From the NCBI GenBank assembly GCA_942493215.1, contig OW818670.1, forward strand, positions 1,099,298-1,163,297: a stretch of DNA of 64,000 nt, read 5' to 3'. The position numbers and the translations under genes were made by a program. The notes beneath the pieces are model-generated. The model did not search any database. It was given only the letters and a program-made list of their open reading frames with translations, and was not told the DNA's origin. Shown here piece by piece: positions 38,786-48,762 of the stretch; within the stretch, counting starts at the first letter, position 1; every line of letters starts with the position of its first letter. This DNA comes from an uncultured Bacillota bacterium. GTDB lineage: Bacteria > Bacillota_I > Bacilli_A > RF39 > UBA660.

Positions 38786-39412
38786 ATGAAAGAAATTATT
38801 TTAAACCACCCCTTAATTAGACACAAATTAGCTATTTTAAGAAATAAGAATACGGGTACCAAAGAATTTAGAGAATTAGCTAGTGAATTAGCTATGTTCT
38901 TATGTTATGAAGCAATGAATGATGCAACATTAAATGAAGTAGAAGTAGAAACACCTATTACTAAAACAACGTGTTATACGATTGATGAAAATAATTATGC
39001 GTTTATTCCCATTTTGAGAGCTGGTTTAAGTATGGTAGATGGGGTATTAGAAGTAATTCCTAATGCTAAAATAGGTCATATTGGTTTATATCGTAATGAA
39101 GAAACATTAGAGCCAGTTCGTTATTATTTTAAGGCTCCTAAAAATATTGCCAATAAAGAAGTAATATTATTAGATCCCATGTTAGCAACTGGTGGATCAG
39201 CATCCGCTGCCATTAAAATGTTAAAAGATGATGGTGTTAAAAAGATTAAATTCTTATGTATAATAGCTGCGCCTGAAGGTATAAAAAGAGTTCAATTAGA
39301 ACATCCTGATGTTCAAATATATTGTACGCAAATAGATGACCATCTAAATGAATTAGGTTATATTGTACCAGGTCTAGGTGATGCTGGTGATCGTGTCTTT
39401 GGAACAAAGTAG
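38786..39412 (+). CDS. upp: uracil phosphoribosyltransferase
   Basis: [13 protein letters not shown]-terminus and PRPP-binding [12 protein letters not shown]; terminator AGTAGTtACTACTTTTTTT follows. Confidence 0.95.
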   Translation: MKEIILNHPLIRHKLAILRNKNTGTKEFRELASELAMFLCYEAMNDATLNEVEVETPITKTTCYTIDENNYAFIPILRAGLSMVDGVLEVIPNAKIGHIGLYRNEETLEPVRYYFKAPKNIANKEVILLDPMLATGGSASAAIKMLKDDGVKKIKFLCIIAAPEGIKRVQLEHPDVQIYCTQIDDHLNELGYIVPGLGDAGDRVFGTK

Positions 39413-39494
39413 TAGTTACTACTTTTTTTAACCAATGATACCCATTATAACCATTAAATATTAATAAGCATTAATTATGGTAGGAGTCGATATT

Positions 39495-39626
39495 ATGTGT
39501 TTTATTTTATTAATACTGTTTGCACCCCTTCTAATTCTCTTATCACCAATAATTATTTTAGTTGGCCTTTTTAGATTAATATTTGGGTGTGGCAATTGCT
39601 GTGATAGTAATTGCCGTCGATGGTAA
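39495..39626 (+). CDS. 43-aa hydrophobic peptide with Cys-rich tail (MCFILLILFAPLLILLSPIIILVGLFRLIFGCGNCCDSNCRRW), absent from the ORF track
   Basis: AGGAG RBS 7 nt upstream of ATG 39495; single TM plus GCGNCCDSNC; could be a YjcZ-like sporulation membrane peptide or spurious. Confidence 0.3.
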   Translation: MCFILLILFAPLLILLSPIIILVGLFRLIFGCGNCCDSNCRRW

Positions 39627-39688
39627 TTTATAATTTTGTGTATAAAAAAAAATCATTCGTTCAAAATAAAAGAGAAAGGAATGATTTT

Positions 39689-39886
39689 ATGAATACAGTA
39701 CCAACTATGATTTCAACCAAGGATTTAGCGTATCTAACTGATATTTTTAACTGGAACTTTATTGCTGTTAAGAAAGCTAATCATTATTTACAAGAAATAC
39801 AAGATGAGGATGTTAAAAAAGTAGTCCAGAAATTTAAAAATGCCCATCAAAAAATGTGTGAAAGGATAGTTAATATATTAAGTTAA
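39689..39886 (+). CDS. small CotF-like (spore coat protein F family) protein
   Basis: KDLAYLTDIFNWNFIAVKKANHYLQEIQDEDVKK resembles the Coat_F domain pattern (D.L.D.L...K.....Y.....E); start refined to ATG 39689. Confidence 0.4.
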   Translation: MNTVPTMISTKDLAYLTDIFNWNFIAVKKANHYLQEIQDEDVKKVVQKFKNAHQKMCERIVNILS

Positions 39887-39895
39887 GGTGACAAT

Positions 39896-40210
39896 ATGAA
39901 TAATAATAAAGTAGAAAATCCTAAAATTGAAGTACCAGAAACATCTATAATGAATGATCGTGATTATTTAACTGATATTTTAGAGACATGTAAAAATATG
40001 TCTAATAATTTAAGTTATGCTTTAAATGAAATGAGTAATAATGAATTATATAAAGAAATATTCGACATGTTTAATGATACTAAAAAGATAAGTCGTGAAT
40101 TATATGATTTAATGTTTCAAAAAGGATGGTATTCTTTAGAAAAAGCTGAAGATGTTAAAATTGAAGAAAAATATAATGAATTACAGGGTAAAATGCAACA
40201 ATTACAATAA
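39896..40210 (+). CDS. CotF-like (spore coat protein F family) protein
   Basis: MNDRDYLTDILETCKNMSNNLSYALNEMSNNELYKEI matches Coat_F-type helical repeats; bidirectional terminator AAACTTC-ataa-GAAGTTTTTTTT after it. Confidence 0.45.
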   Translation: MNNNKVENPKIEVPETSIMNDRDYLTDILETCKNMSNNLSYALNEMSNNELYKEIFDMFNDTKKISRELYDLMFQKGWYSLEKAEDVKIEEKYNELQGKMQQLQ

Positions 40211-40231
40211 AAACTTCATAAGAAGTTTTTT

Positions 40232-41035
40232 TTAACCTAAACCAACATCCATAATCATCATAATAGAGAATCCTATTAGAGTAAATAAAGCCATTAAATC
40301 TTTTTTCTTATTAGTTTGACTTTCGGGAATTAACTCTTGAACAACTACATAAATCATTGCGCCAGCTGCAAAAGCTAAAAGATAAGGTAATAACAATCTT
40401 ATTCTTAAGACTAATAATGCGCCTAATACGCCAGCAATAGGCTCAACAATACCACTTAATTGTCCATAAAAGAAAGCTTTACCCCTAGATAATCCTTCTC
40501 TTCGAAGAGGCACACTAACAGCTGTTCCTTCGGGGAAATTTTGTAAGCCAATGCCTAAAGCGAGTAAACAAGCAGAACCTAAATTAGCGCCATTTAATCC
40601 ATAAGCTAAAGAACCAAATGCAACACCAACCGCCATTCCTTCCGGAATATTATGTAAGGTAATAGAAAATACTAGCATTAAGCAACGTTTAAAATTTTTA
40701 TTATCATTAGTTTTACTCTTAATTCGATCAAAATGTTCAAAGACTTTATCACCAACAAATAAAAGCAATCCACCACCTAAAAATCCTACTAAAGCTACAA
40801 CCCAAGCCATCATTTTTAGATTATTAGCCATATCAATGGCGGGTGATAATAAGGACCAAAATGATGAAGCTATCATAACCCCAGCTGCAAATCCTAACAT
40901 AGCATCTAAAACATTCTTATTTACTTTCTTAAAAAAGAAAACTAATGCTGCTCCTAATAGGGTAATACTCCATGTAAATACGGTAGCGATTAAAGCTTGA
41001 AGTTCATAGTTTAAACTAGTAAACCAATTTATCAT
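40232..41035 (-). CDS. zupT: ZIP-family divalent metal (zinc) transporter
   Basis: HNIPEGMAVGVAFGS and NFPEGTAVSVPL signatures; eight TM segments. Confidence 0.85.
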   Translation of the reverse strand: MINWFTSLNYELQALIATVFTWSITLLGAALVFFFKKVNKNVLDAMLGFAAGVMIASSFWSLLSPAIDMANNLKMMAWVVALVGFLGGGLLLFVGDKVFEHFDRIKSKTNDNKNFKRCLMLVFSITLHNIPEGMAVGVAFGSLAYGLNGANLGSACLLALGIGLQNFPEGTAVSVPLRREGLSRGKAFFYGQLSGIVEPIAGVLGALLVLRIRLLLPYLLAFAAGAMIYVVVQELIPESQTNKKKDLMALFTLIGFSIMMIMDVGLG

Positions 41036-41117
41036 AAAACAACTCCTAACACTAAAATATCTTATGACTATCTTTTTCTTTGGTTAATAAAAACGACTAT
41101 TGTTATAGTCGCCTGTA

Positions 41118-42068
41118 TTATTTTAATTTTTTAAAATATTTAGGATTATCTGATGTTATGATTAATTTATCAGCATATTCTTCCAAAAACTCTTTTGATA
41201 CTCTTGATAATAATTCTTGAACATCTCTAGGATCATTAATTGTGTATATACCCGCATAACCATAAATTGATATAATCTTCTTTAACCACTTTTCAGTTAA
41301 AGCATTACGATGACGATAGAAGAAAGAATTAAAATTAGCCATTTTTTTAGCATATTCATCAATATCAAGACTACCATTATCCTTTACTTCTTTTAAACCT
41401 AAACTTATACCATCAATATATGATTTCCACATAATAGTTATTGGCTTTTCAACTTGAAAATCAATTAATAATTCTGTTTTTGTAATAGGAAGATGATCTT
41501 TTATTTGTAATTTTCTTAATCCTCTAAGATTCCAAGGAAAGAAAGATATATGAATAATATTTTTATTTAAAGCTGGGTATCTTTTAAGACATTTTTTTAA
41601 CGATACTAAATCCTCATATTTGAAGAAGACAGCTTTAGATTCAATTTTAATAATTCGATCACCAAATTTATCACGATGATTATCAATATATTCTAATATT
41701 TCATCTAATGTATGTAGGTTGAAATTATTATTACTATTCCATGGAATATTACTATTATATGTACTCTTACGATAACCACATTTTATTTTTTTTATATGGT
41801 CATATGGTGTTTTGGCAACATTAACATTACTATCACTAATATCTGCCATATTAAAGTCATGAGTTACTAATAAAACATGATCATTAGTAGGTTGGATATC
41901 AAACTCTATACCAATACAGTCGTCAAGGGCTTCTTGGTCATTTAGAAGAGCAATCAAATTATTTAAAGAATTTTCAGGGTATCCTTCCATAATAAAACCT
42001 AAACGATGAGCAATAAAACGATAATCTTTTAAATGTTCTAAAAATAAATCAATATTACTACTAGTCAT
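41118..42068 (-). CDS. glycerophosphodiester phosphodiesterase (GDPD)-like protein, divergent
   Basis: FIAHRLGFIMEGYPENSL and GIEFDIQPTNDHVLLVTHDF correspond to GDPD HR..PENT and E.D..DG..V..HD motifs. Confidence 0.55.
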   Translation of the reverse strand: MTSSNIDLFLEHLKDYRFIAHRLGFIMEGYPENSLNNLIALLNDQEALDDCIGIEFDIQPTNDHVLLVTHDFNMADISDSNVNVAKTPYDHIKKIKCGYRKSTYNSNIPWNSNNNFNLHTLDEILEYIDNHRDKFGDRIIKIESKAVFFKYEDLVSLKKCLKRYPALNKNIIHISFFPWNLRGLRKLQIKDHLPITKTELLIDFQVEKPITIMWKSYIDGISLGLKEVKDNGSLDIDEYAKKMANFNSFFYRHRNALTEKWLKKIISIYGYAGIYTINDPRDVQELLSRVSKEFLEEYADKLIITSDNPKYFKKLK

Positions 42069-42297
42069 TCACATTCCCCCTTTAATTGTCTAGATTGTAT
42101 CATAAATAGTATATAAAAGCAATTATAAAATAATTACTTATTTTTAGTATAAAGAATAGGAAATCCATTAAAACTTGGATGGCTAGGATATTCTAATGTT
42201 AATATCTTATTCTTACTCATTTTTATGGACTCGTAAAATTGACAAAACAAGGCTTATGTGATAGAGTATAGCACTATATTAAAAAGGGGGAAAATTT

Positions 42298-43014
42298 ATG
42301 CAACAAGCATTTAATTTAGCATATGATGCACGACAACGCAAAGAAAAGTTGATTAGAGAAGCTGATAAAATCTATTATAGATTATGTATGTTAAAAGAAA
42401 GTACGACTCTTAGTCATCAACAAAAATCTATCATAAAAAAAGAACTAAAAAGACGTTTAAAAAAGGTTGAAAAATCTTTAGATTTCTATCATGAAATGTT
42501 AATTGAAACTTCAACTTTCAATAATGATATAATTGTCCCTTTTTTAGCCTTTTATTTATCTTGCGTAGAAAATGAACCATACGTAGCAATCAAAGATATA
42601 GAAGATAATACAGTTATTACGACTGTATCTAATGTAGTTAAAGAGGGAAGAGTTAATAGTAAGAGAACATATTCACCATATAATGGTAATTTAGCCAAAA
42701 AAACAAGAAATTCTAAATTGCGACAATTTAGTGCCGCAATGGACACGATTGAACAAATTTCTTTTACAGGATCAGTAGACAATGTTCAAGCCTTTGTAAG
42801 AAACTATAAAGATCGAAAATATATTATTCTATCTGGTGAAACAAGTTGTTCACTATTAGAAGGATTAGATTATGATTATACTGTATACCCATATCTAAGT
42901 CGTATGATCAATGATTTAATAAATATGAAACTAGAAGATCAACATATTGGTGATATGGAAAGATTAAGTGTAATTTCTCAACAAATAATAGAGCAAGTAC
43001 AAATAAGAAGATAA
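42298..43014 (+). CDS. hypothetical protein
   Basis: 238-aa ORF with extended -10 promoter (TTGACA...TGTGATAGAGT) upstream; no motif recognized. Confidence 0.5.
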   Translation: MQQAFNLAYDARQRKEKLIREADKIYYRLCMLKESTTLSHQQKSIIKKELKRRLKKVEKSLDFYHEMLIETSTFNNDIIVPFLAFYLSCVENEPYVAIKDIEDNTVITTVSNVVKEGRVNSKRTYSPYNGNLAKKTRNSKLRQFSAAMDTIEQISFTGSVDNVQAFVRNYKDRKYIILSGETSCSLLEGLDYDYTVYPYLSRMINDLINMKLEDQHIGDMERLSVISQQIIEQVQIRR

Positions 43015-43094
43015 TTGTATTGGACAATTATCTTTTTTATATATCTTTATTTATTAATCTAAATATGTTATATTGATAAAAAGGATATGATTAA

Positions 43095-44030
43095 ATGAAG
43101 AAAGAAGAAAGATTATCAAAAATTAAATATGTCGTTGATAATAGTGAATATGTTAAGATTAATATGGATAATTTAAATAATTATGCTTTAACTCTTAATA
43201 ACTTTAATGATACATATTGGTTAAATGGATATAAACTTGATATAACTGAAAAAGAGTATATCTTATTTATGTTTTTAGTTGAGTCTATGAACTTTTGTTT
43301 TTGGAAGGAGCCATTCATTCAAATAGAATTTGATGGTAAACTTCATAAACGCTCAATGGCTCTATTTTATGCCATGTTAGATAGAGTCGTTAAAGATAAA
43401 AGTTTTCTTGATATAAATAACTTAATGAATATTACAGAATCTGATCTAGCACTAATATTAAACGGTGATAAAAATATGCCAATGCTTAATGAACGATATC
43501 ATAATTTAAAAGAAACGATTACGATTATCTATAATAAAAAAGATAAGTTTTATGATGAATTATTTTCTATTAGAGATACGGATAGTTTATTAAATCATAT
43601 TGTTGATACATTTCCTAATTTTCAAGATATTAGTAATTATAAAGAAGAAACAATACCTTTTTATAAAAGAGCTACTTTGTTAGTTCATGATTTATATAAT
43701 ATCAGTAATACAATTAAGACCAATATTAGTAATGTCGATTGCTTATTAGGATGTGCTGATTATGGTATTCCAAGAACTTTAAGATTCTATGGTGTTTTAG
43801 AATATAATCCTTATTTAAGCAATATGGTTGATAGTAAACAACTTATTGAAGCTCATTCTAATTTAGAAGTAGAGATTAGGGCTAATATGCTATATGCCTT
43901 AGAATTAATAAAAGATAAATTAGAATATCGGGGTATTATGGTAAATTCTATTACTTTAGATAATATGATCTGGATAAGTGGGCGAAATATTGATACTCCC
44001 CATCATTTGACTATAACAACTTTTTATTAG
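43095..44030 (+). CDS. hypothetical protein (possibly DUF2419 / queuosine-salvage Qng1-like; low confidence)
   Basis: 311-aa soluble ORF; size and scattered motifs (FCFWKEP, FYKRATLLVHDLY) loosely recall the Qng1 family; not verifiable here. Confidence 0.3.
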   Translation: MKKEERLSKIKYVVDNSEYVKINMDNLNNYALTLNNFNDTYWLNGYKLDITEKEYILFMFLVESMNFCFWKEPFIQIEFDGKLHKRSMALFYAMLDRVVKDKSFLDINNLMNITESDLALILNGDKNMPMLNERYHNLKETITIIYNKKDKFYDELFSIRDTDSLLNHIVDTFPNFQDISNYKEETIPFYKRATLLVHDLYNISNTIKTNISNVDCLLGCADYGIPRTLRFYGVLEYNPYLSNMVDSKQLIEAHSNLEVEIRANMLYALELIKDKLEYRGIMVNSITLDNMIWISGRNIDTPHHLTITTFY

Positions 44031-44130
44031 TCAAATGATATACTATTTAAACAATCAATTATATGATATAATTAGTAAAAGGTATAAAAGACAATGGTCA
44101 TATATATTACTATTACTTGAAGGAGAAAAA

Positions 44131-44826
44131 ATGAAAAAAGTATTTTTGGGGCTAGTAATTTTACTAATATTTACTTTAACAGGATGTACTGATGCAAAAC
44201 AGTTAGAGGAGAGAATTGATTCAGAATTAAAAAATGAATGTAATAATTTTGAGGCGATAACAGCTGGTACTTCTAGACCAGATGAATTATCCGATTTAAA
44301 ATATGTTAAAATTGGATCTTGTAATGAATCATTAATGCTTGCTGAATCATGGTCAATTAATGATGAAATAAAATATGAAAGTCAAAAATTTAATTTTAAT
44401 AATAATGTCGATTTAGATTATATTTTTAACAATACATTATACTATGAAACAAGTAATAACACTTCTTTTTATATTACAGTTGTTACTAGTAAAGATAATT
44501 TGGAAAATTTAGCTAATAATTTAAAGGATATATTTTTACCAATAGTCTCAACTACTTTATCAAAATATAATAGTATTTCTGTGCATATTTATACAACTGA
44601 TGAAGTTGATGTAAATCAAGAAAAGTATAAAGTGTTTTTAATAATGAAAACTAATGGTGCTATTACATCATATGATAAAGAGTATAATCAAATTAATTAT
44701 GATAATATTGCTAAAACATTTCCAGGAATATACGCTAGTTCATCCAGTGGTGATATAAAGCAACAAGTTGAAGAAGATATTGGTAATATCCTAATCGAAT
44801 TAGTCGATGATACTACTATGGATTAG
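44131..44826 (+). CDS. lipoprotein (hypothetical)
   Basis: Start ATG 44131 after AGGAG; lipobox FTLTGC. Confidence 0.6.
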   Translation: MKKVFLGLVILLIFTLTGCTDAKQLEERIDSELKNECNNFEAITAGTSRPDELSDLKYVKIGSCNESLMLAESWSINDEIKYESQKFNFNNNVDLDYIFNNTLYYETSNNTSFYITVVTSKDNLENLANNLKDIFLPIVSTTLSKYNSISVHIYTTDEVDVNQEKYKVFLIMKTNGAITSYDKEYNQINYDNIAKTFPGIYASSSSGDIKQQVEEDIGNILIELVDDTTMD

Positions 44827-44845
44827 AAAGGTAAGGGAGAGATAT

Positions 44846-45667
44846 ATGAATAAAAAGTTATGGTCCCATATTATAATCTTAGTTCTAATGATTGCTATAA
44901 TATGTATGAGTAGTTTAGCTGCATATCATTCAATTATGAACAAAAATAATAATCAATTAAATAATTCTAATGGTAACAATAATAATACTAATACTGTATC
45001 CCAAGAAGAATTATTAACTATCATTAATAATGAGTTATTTGTTCTTAATCCTTATACCGGATTAGATAAACTAACTAATCAAGATAAACTTGATGTAGCT
45101 GTTAAAAAATTATGTGGTAATATTTATTATTGCATAGACGATATAAAAAGTTATATTGATACTTTCTCTAGTACTAATTTAGCTAATGCTTATATTAAAA
45201 CTAGTTTAGCAAAATTTAATTATACTGATGAAGATGTTAAATGCCCAGCCGCCAATTATGAACATAGTATTTGGAAATATGATAATGTTTATAAAAAATA
45301 CACTTATGTTGAACCAGGGCACGGTGCTAATTCTATCGCTATAGCTTTTAAAAAAATAGTTTCATTTACTAAAAATGGTAATGAATATAAGATATCAATT
45401 AAATATGCTTGGTATAAAAGTGCTTTATCAGATGGACCAGCGAATGTCTATGCTTTTGCTACCTATATGGATGCTAAAAATAATACTAATTCTATTTATA
45501 TGATAGCAACTAATCGGGTTGAAGCAATAAACTATGATGTTGAAAGTGAATTCAATAAGTACTTTACTGATAACTATGAAACATATAAAGATAAGATACC
45601 AACATATAACTATGTGTTTGAATATCAAAATAATCAATTATATTTAACTAATTTTAATGTTAATTAA
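44846..45667 (+). CDS. membrane-anchored hypothetical protein with Asn-rich linker
   Basis: Start ATG 44846 after AAGGGAGAG; N-terminal TM IIILVLMIAIICMSSLAAY; bidirectional terminator at 45671-45702. Confidence 0.5.
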   Translation: MNKKLWSHIIILVLMIAIICMSSLAAYHSIMNKNNNQLNNSNGNNNNTNTVSQEELLTIINNELFVLNPYTGLDKLTNQDKLDVAVKKLCGNIYYCIDDIKSYIDTFSSTNLANAYIKTSLAKFNYTDEDVKCPAANYEHSIWKYDNVYKKYTYVEPGHGANSIAIAFKKIVSFTKNGNEYKISIKYAWYKSALSDGPANVYAFATYMDAKNNTNSIYMIATNRVEAINYDVESEFNKYFTDNYETYKDKIPTYNYVFEYQNNQLYLTNFNVN

Positions 45668-45707
45668 GAAGAAAGACTTGTAATATATTTACAAGTCTTT
45701 CTTAATT

Positions 45708-46253
45708 CTAACTACATTTCAATACACATTGTTTGCTATTCTTCTTTAAAGTAAGAACAATATCATTAATAATATTCCTTTGTGTATTACTTAAGATTCT
45801 ATTTTCTAATAGGTAATTAATGATAAAAAATGTCTCTTCACTATATCTTGTTCTAAATTCTTCATCTAGTTTTTCTATATCCGAAATGTTATCTAAACGA
45901 TCACATAGTTTTATGGTTAAAGCCCAACTAGTAATATATTTTAATTTATAGGCTAAATAAACACTTTTACCAAGGGCATTCTTCATCTCTTTATTATTAG
46001 TAAGCTCTAAAACCATACTGGCAATATCATAGCCAAATATATCAACAAGTTCATAATAAGTAGTATCGGTTTCTTCTAATATATCATGAAGATAGGCTAC
46101 AGCTCTTAAGCGATTAATATTATGTGATTTCTTATATTTTAAGAGAAGAGCAGCTACAGAATTAGGATGAACAATATAATCTTCACCATTTTTTCTTTTT
46201 TGGCCCTTATGTTTTTCGGTCGCATACATTCTAGCGATTTCTCCAATATTCAT
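45708..46253 (-). CDS. HD-domain phosphohydrolase
   Basis: H...HD metal-binding (HPNSVA ... AYLHDILEETD). Confidence 0.7.
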   Translation of the reverse strand: MNIGEIARMYATEKHKGQKRKNGEDYIVHPNSVAALLLKYKKSHNINRLRAVAYLHDILEETDTTYYELVDIFGYDIASMVLELTNNKEMKNALGKSVYLAYKLKYITSWALTIKLCDRLDNISDIEKLDEEFRTRYSEETFFIINYLLENRILSNTQRNIINDIVLTLKKNSKQCVLKCS

Positions 46254-47086
46254 ATATTTTCGCGCATCCTTGCTAATTTTATAGAGTATTGATTATCTTT
46301 ATCCAATATATCCTTATTATTACTATAGTTAATACAGAATAATTGCCTTAATACTATTAATTGTTTAAGAGAATAATTTTCTGGAAGACGACTACTATCT
46401 TTTATTGTTTTATCATTTATATATCGATAAAATTTGACAAAACCAAGGATATTAACTAAAAAAGAATCTGACATATTTAAAATATCGATGCCATTTTTAC
46501 ATTCGGCAATCATTTGCTGATACACATCTAAAAGATTTTGATCTTTTAAGCAACAACAAATAAAAGCTTCCGCAAATTGTTCCATACTAATATTTTGATA
46601 ATTTCCATATGCATACTCTGTTGACGCAATGGTAATAGCTGGATAAAATATTCCATTTTTATCAATATATCCATTCATATCTTTTGGTAGTTTTACTATG
46701 TTGCCAAAAGGTATTAGTTCTGGAAAGTTAATGTTTACTTGGCCCCTAGAAAAGGAACTTTTAAAATCAAATAATTTTACTATTCTTTCTTTTTTAGGGT
46801 TTTTATCTTTGTTTATTTGTTTTTGATTGTCTTTGTGCCATGCTCGATCTTCACTTAATTGATAATTTAAATCCATCTCATAGCTATATATTTCTATAAC
46901 TTGATATAAACTGGCAATTCCTTGGTATTGACTAAGAACAGCTTCTAAATCTTCATCATTGCTAACATATACGACGAAATCTGTGTAGTCCCAACGATCA
47001 CATATAACAATCATATGGGAATAGTTTTTATTTTGACCATTGTATAAGTGTCTTTCGATTTCATATTTTGGCATTGCCATAATCAT
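46250..47086 (-). CDS. hypothetical protein co-transcribed with the HD-domain gene (4-nt overlap)
   Basis: 278-aa ORF; no motif recognized. Confidence 0.5.
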   Translation of the reverse strand: MIMAMPKYEIERHLYNGQNKNYSHMIVICDRWDYTDFVVYVSNDEDLEAVLSQYQGIASLYQVIEIYSYEMDLNYQLSEDRAWHKDNQKQINKDKNPKKERIVKLFDFKSSFSRGQVNINFPELIPFGNIVKLPKDMNGYIDKNGIFYPAITIASTEYAYGNYQNISMEQFAEAFICCCLKDQNLLDVYQQMIAECKNGIDILNMSDSFLVNILGFVKFYRYINDKTIKDSSRLPENYSLKQLIVLRQLFCINYSNNKDILDKDNQYSIKLARMRENI

Positions 47087-47171
47087 TACCTTCTTTCTAC
47101 TTGTATCATAACATTATTATTGATATAATAAAAATACATATTTTATATACAGGCCATAACTGGAGGTTATT

Positions 47172-48068
47172 ATGATTAATTTAGAATTATATCGTGTCTT
47201 TTATGAAGTAGCGGATATGGGTAATATAACCAAAGCTAGTTTAAAATTACATATATCGCAACCAGCTGTAACAAAACATATTAAGAATTTAGAAGATGAA
47301 CTAGGGGGACCATTATTTATTAGGACTAAAAAAGGAGTTATTCTAAATGAAGCCGGTCAAGCAATGTTTATTCTGGTTAAACAAGCATTAGGTTTAATTA
47401 AGAAAGCTGAAAAGAAATGCCAAGCATTAGAAAATTTAGAAGCTGGCACGATAAGAATTGGTATTAGTACCACTTTAACTAAAAAATACTTACTTCCATA
47501 TATTAAAAGCTTTCATAAACTTTATCCTAATATTATAATTGAAATAAGTACTGATCCCACTTCAGAAATGATTAAATTAATGAAGAAGGGAATAATTGAC
47601 TTTATTATTGCTAAAATACCAACAGGATTAGATAATGAATTAGATTATATTCCTTTAGGAGAACAAGAATATGTCTTTGTTATAAATGATGATTATAAAG
47701 AATTATTGAATAAAAAATTATCTTTATTGGCCATTGCCCATTATCCCATCTTATTACCAAAACAACCATCTAATTCAAGACAAACAATTGATGAATATTG
47801 TTTAGATAATAATATTAAAATTAATACCATAATGAATATTGCCAGTTCTAATTTACTAATTGACTTTGCAAAAATTGGTTATGGAATTGGTTTTACTACT
47901 AAACAATATATCGAAAATGAATTAAAAAACAATGAATTATTTATTTTAGATATTTATCCTAAACTTAAAAAAAATAAGTTTGGAATAATTAAATTAAAGA
48001 ATAATATATTACCTTTTAGTTGTAAAAATTTTATTGATACTATTATAAAAACTGATGATATAAAATAA
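47172..48068 (+). CDS. LysR-family transcriptional regulator
   Basis: N-terminal HTH LELYRVFYEVADMGNITKASLKLHISQPAVTKHIKNLEDELGGPLFIR plus LysR substrate-binding domain. Confidence 0.85.
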   Translation: MINLELYRVFYEVADMGNITKASLKLHISQPAVTKHIKNLEDELGGPLFIRTKKGVILNEAGQAMFILVKQALGLIKKAEKKCQALENLEAGTIRIGISTTLTKKYLLPYIKSFHKLYPNIIIEISTDPTSEMIKLMKKGIIDFIIAKIPTGLDNELDYIPLGEQEYVFVINDDYKELLNKKLSLLAIAHYPILLPKQPSNSRQTIDEYCLDNNIKINTIMNIASSNLLIDFAKIGYGIGFTTKQYIENELKNNELFILDIYPKLKKNKFGIIKLKNNILPFSCKNFIDTIIKTDDIK

Positions 48069-48089
48069 ATAATAATAGGAGAGAAGAAT

Positions 48090-48551
48090 ATGAATGACGT
48101 TTTAGAACTCTTAAAAAAATTAAATATTGATTTTACAATTGTCTATCATCAACCTGTATATACAGTTGAAGAAGCTCAATCAATAAAGAAAGATATTAAT
48201 GGAATAGGCTGTAAAAACCTATTTTTAAAAGATAAATATAATTACTATTTATACGTATTAAGGGATGATGTACGGGCTGATTTAAAGCTAGTTGGTAAGA
48301 CAATAAATATTGGACCCTTATCATTCGCGTCAGTTGAAGAATTAATGACTAATTTAAAACTTACTAAAGGTTCAGTTACACCCTTAGGTTTAATTAATAA
48401 TGATAAAACGGTTATTTTATTATTAGATAAAAGTTTGAAAGATAATAAGATTCTTATTCATCCTAATACTAATACGGCAACCATATCTATAAACTACGAA
48501 GATCTATTAAAGTTTGTTAATTATTGTGAAAATACATATTATGAGATATAA
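48090..48551 (+). CDS. YbaK/ProX-type aminoacyl-tRNA deacylase domain protein
   Basis: Size and pattern (IDFTIVYHQP...GIGCKNLFLKDK...GSVTPLGL) typical of the YbaK/ProRS-associated editing domain. Confidence 0.7.
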   Translation: MNDVLELLKKLNIDFTIVYHQPVYTVEEAQSIKKDINGIGCKNLFLKDKYNYYLYVLRDDVRADLKLVGKTINIGPLSFASVEELMTNLKLTKGSVTPLGLINNDKTVILLLDKSLKDNKILIHPNTNTATISINYEDLLKFVNYCENTYYEI

Positions 48552-48590
48552 TCAAGATGTAGGGGAGTAATAGATAATAAAGTTTATATA

Positions 48591-48632
48591 AAAAAATTCA
48601 AGAGTCAATTCTTGAATTTTTCTTTTAAACCA
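48591..48632. terminator. bidirectional terminator TTCAAGAgtcaaTTCTTGAA with flanking A/T runs
   Basis: Perfect 7-bp inverted repeat between convergent genes. Confidence 0.5.
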
Positions 48633-48762
48633 TTACTTTTTCTCTATTCTTATATTGAAAACTTATTATAAATACTAACAAATAAATGAATCCTATTAAT
48701 TTAACTCCTATTAATAATATTATAGAATAACTATTATTAATATGTAAATAAAAAAGTATCTA

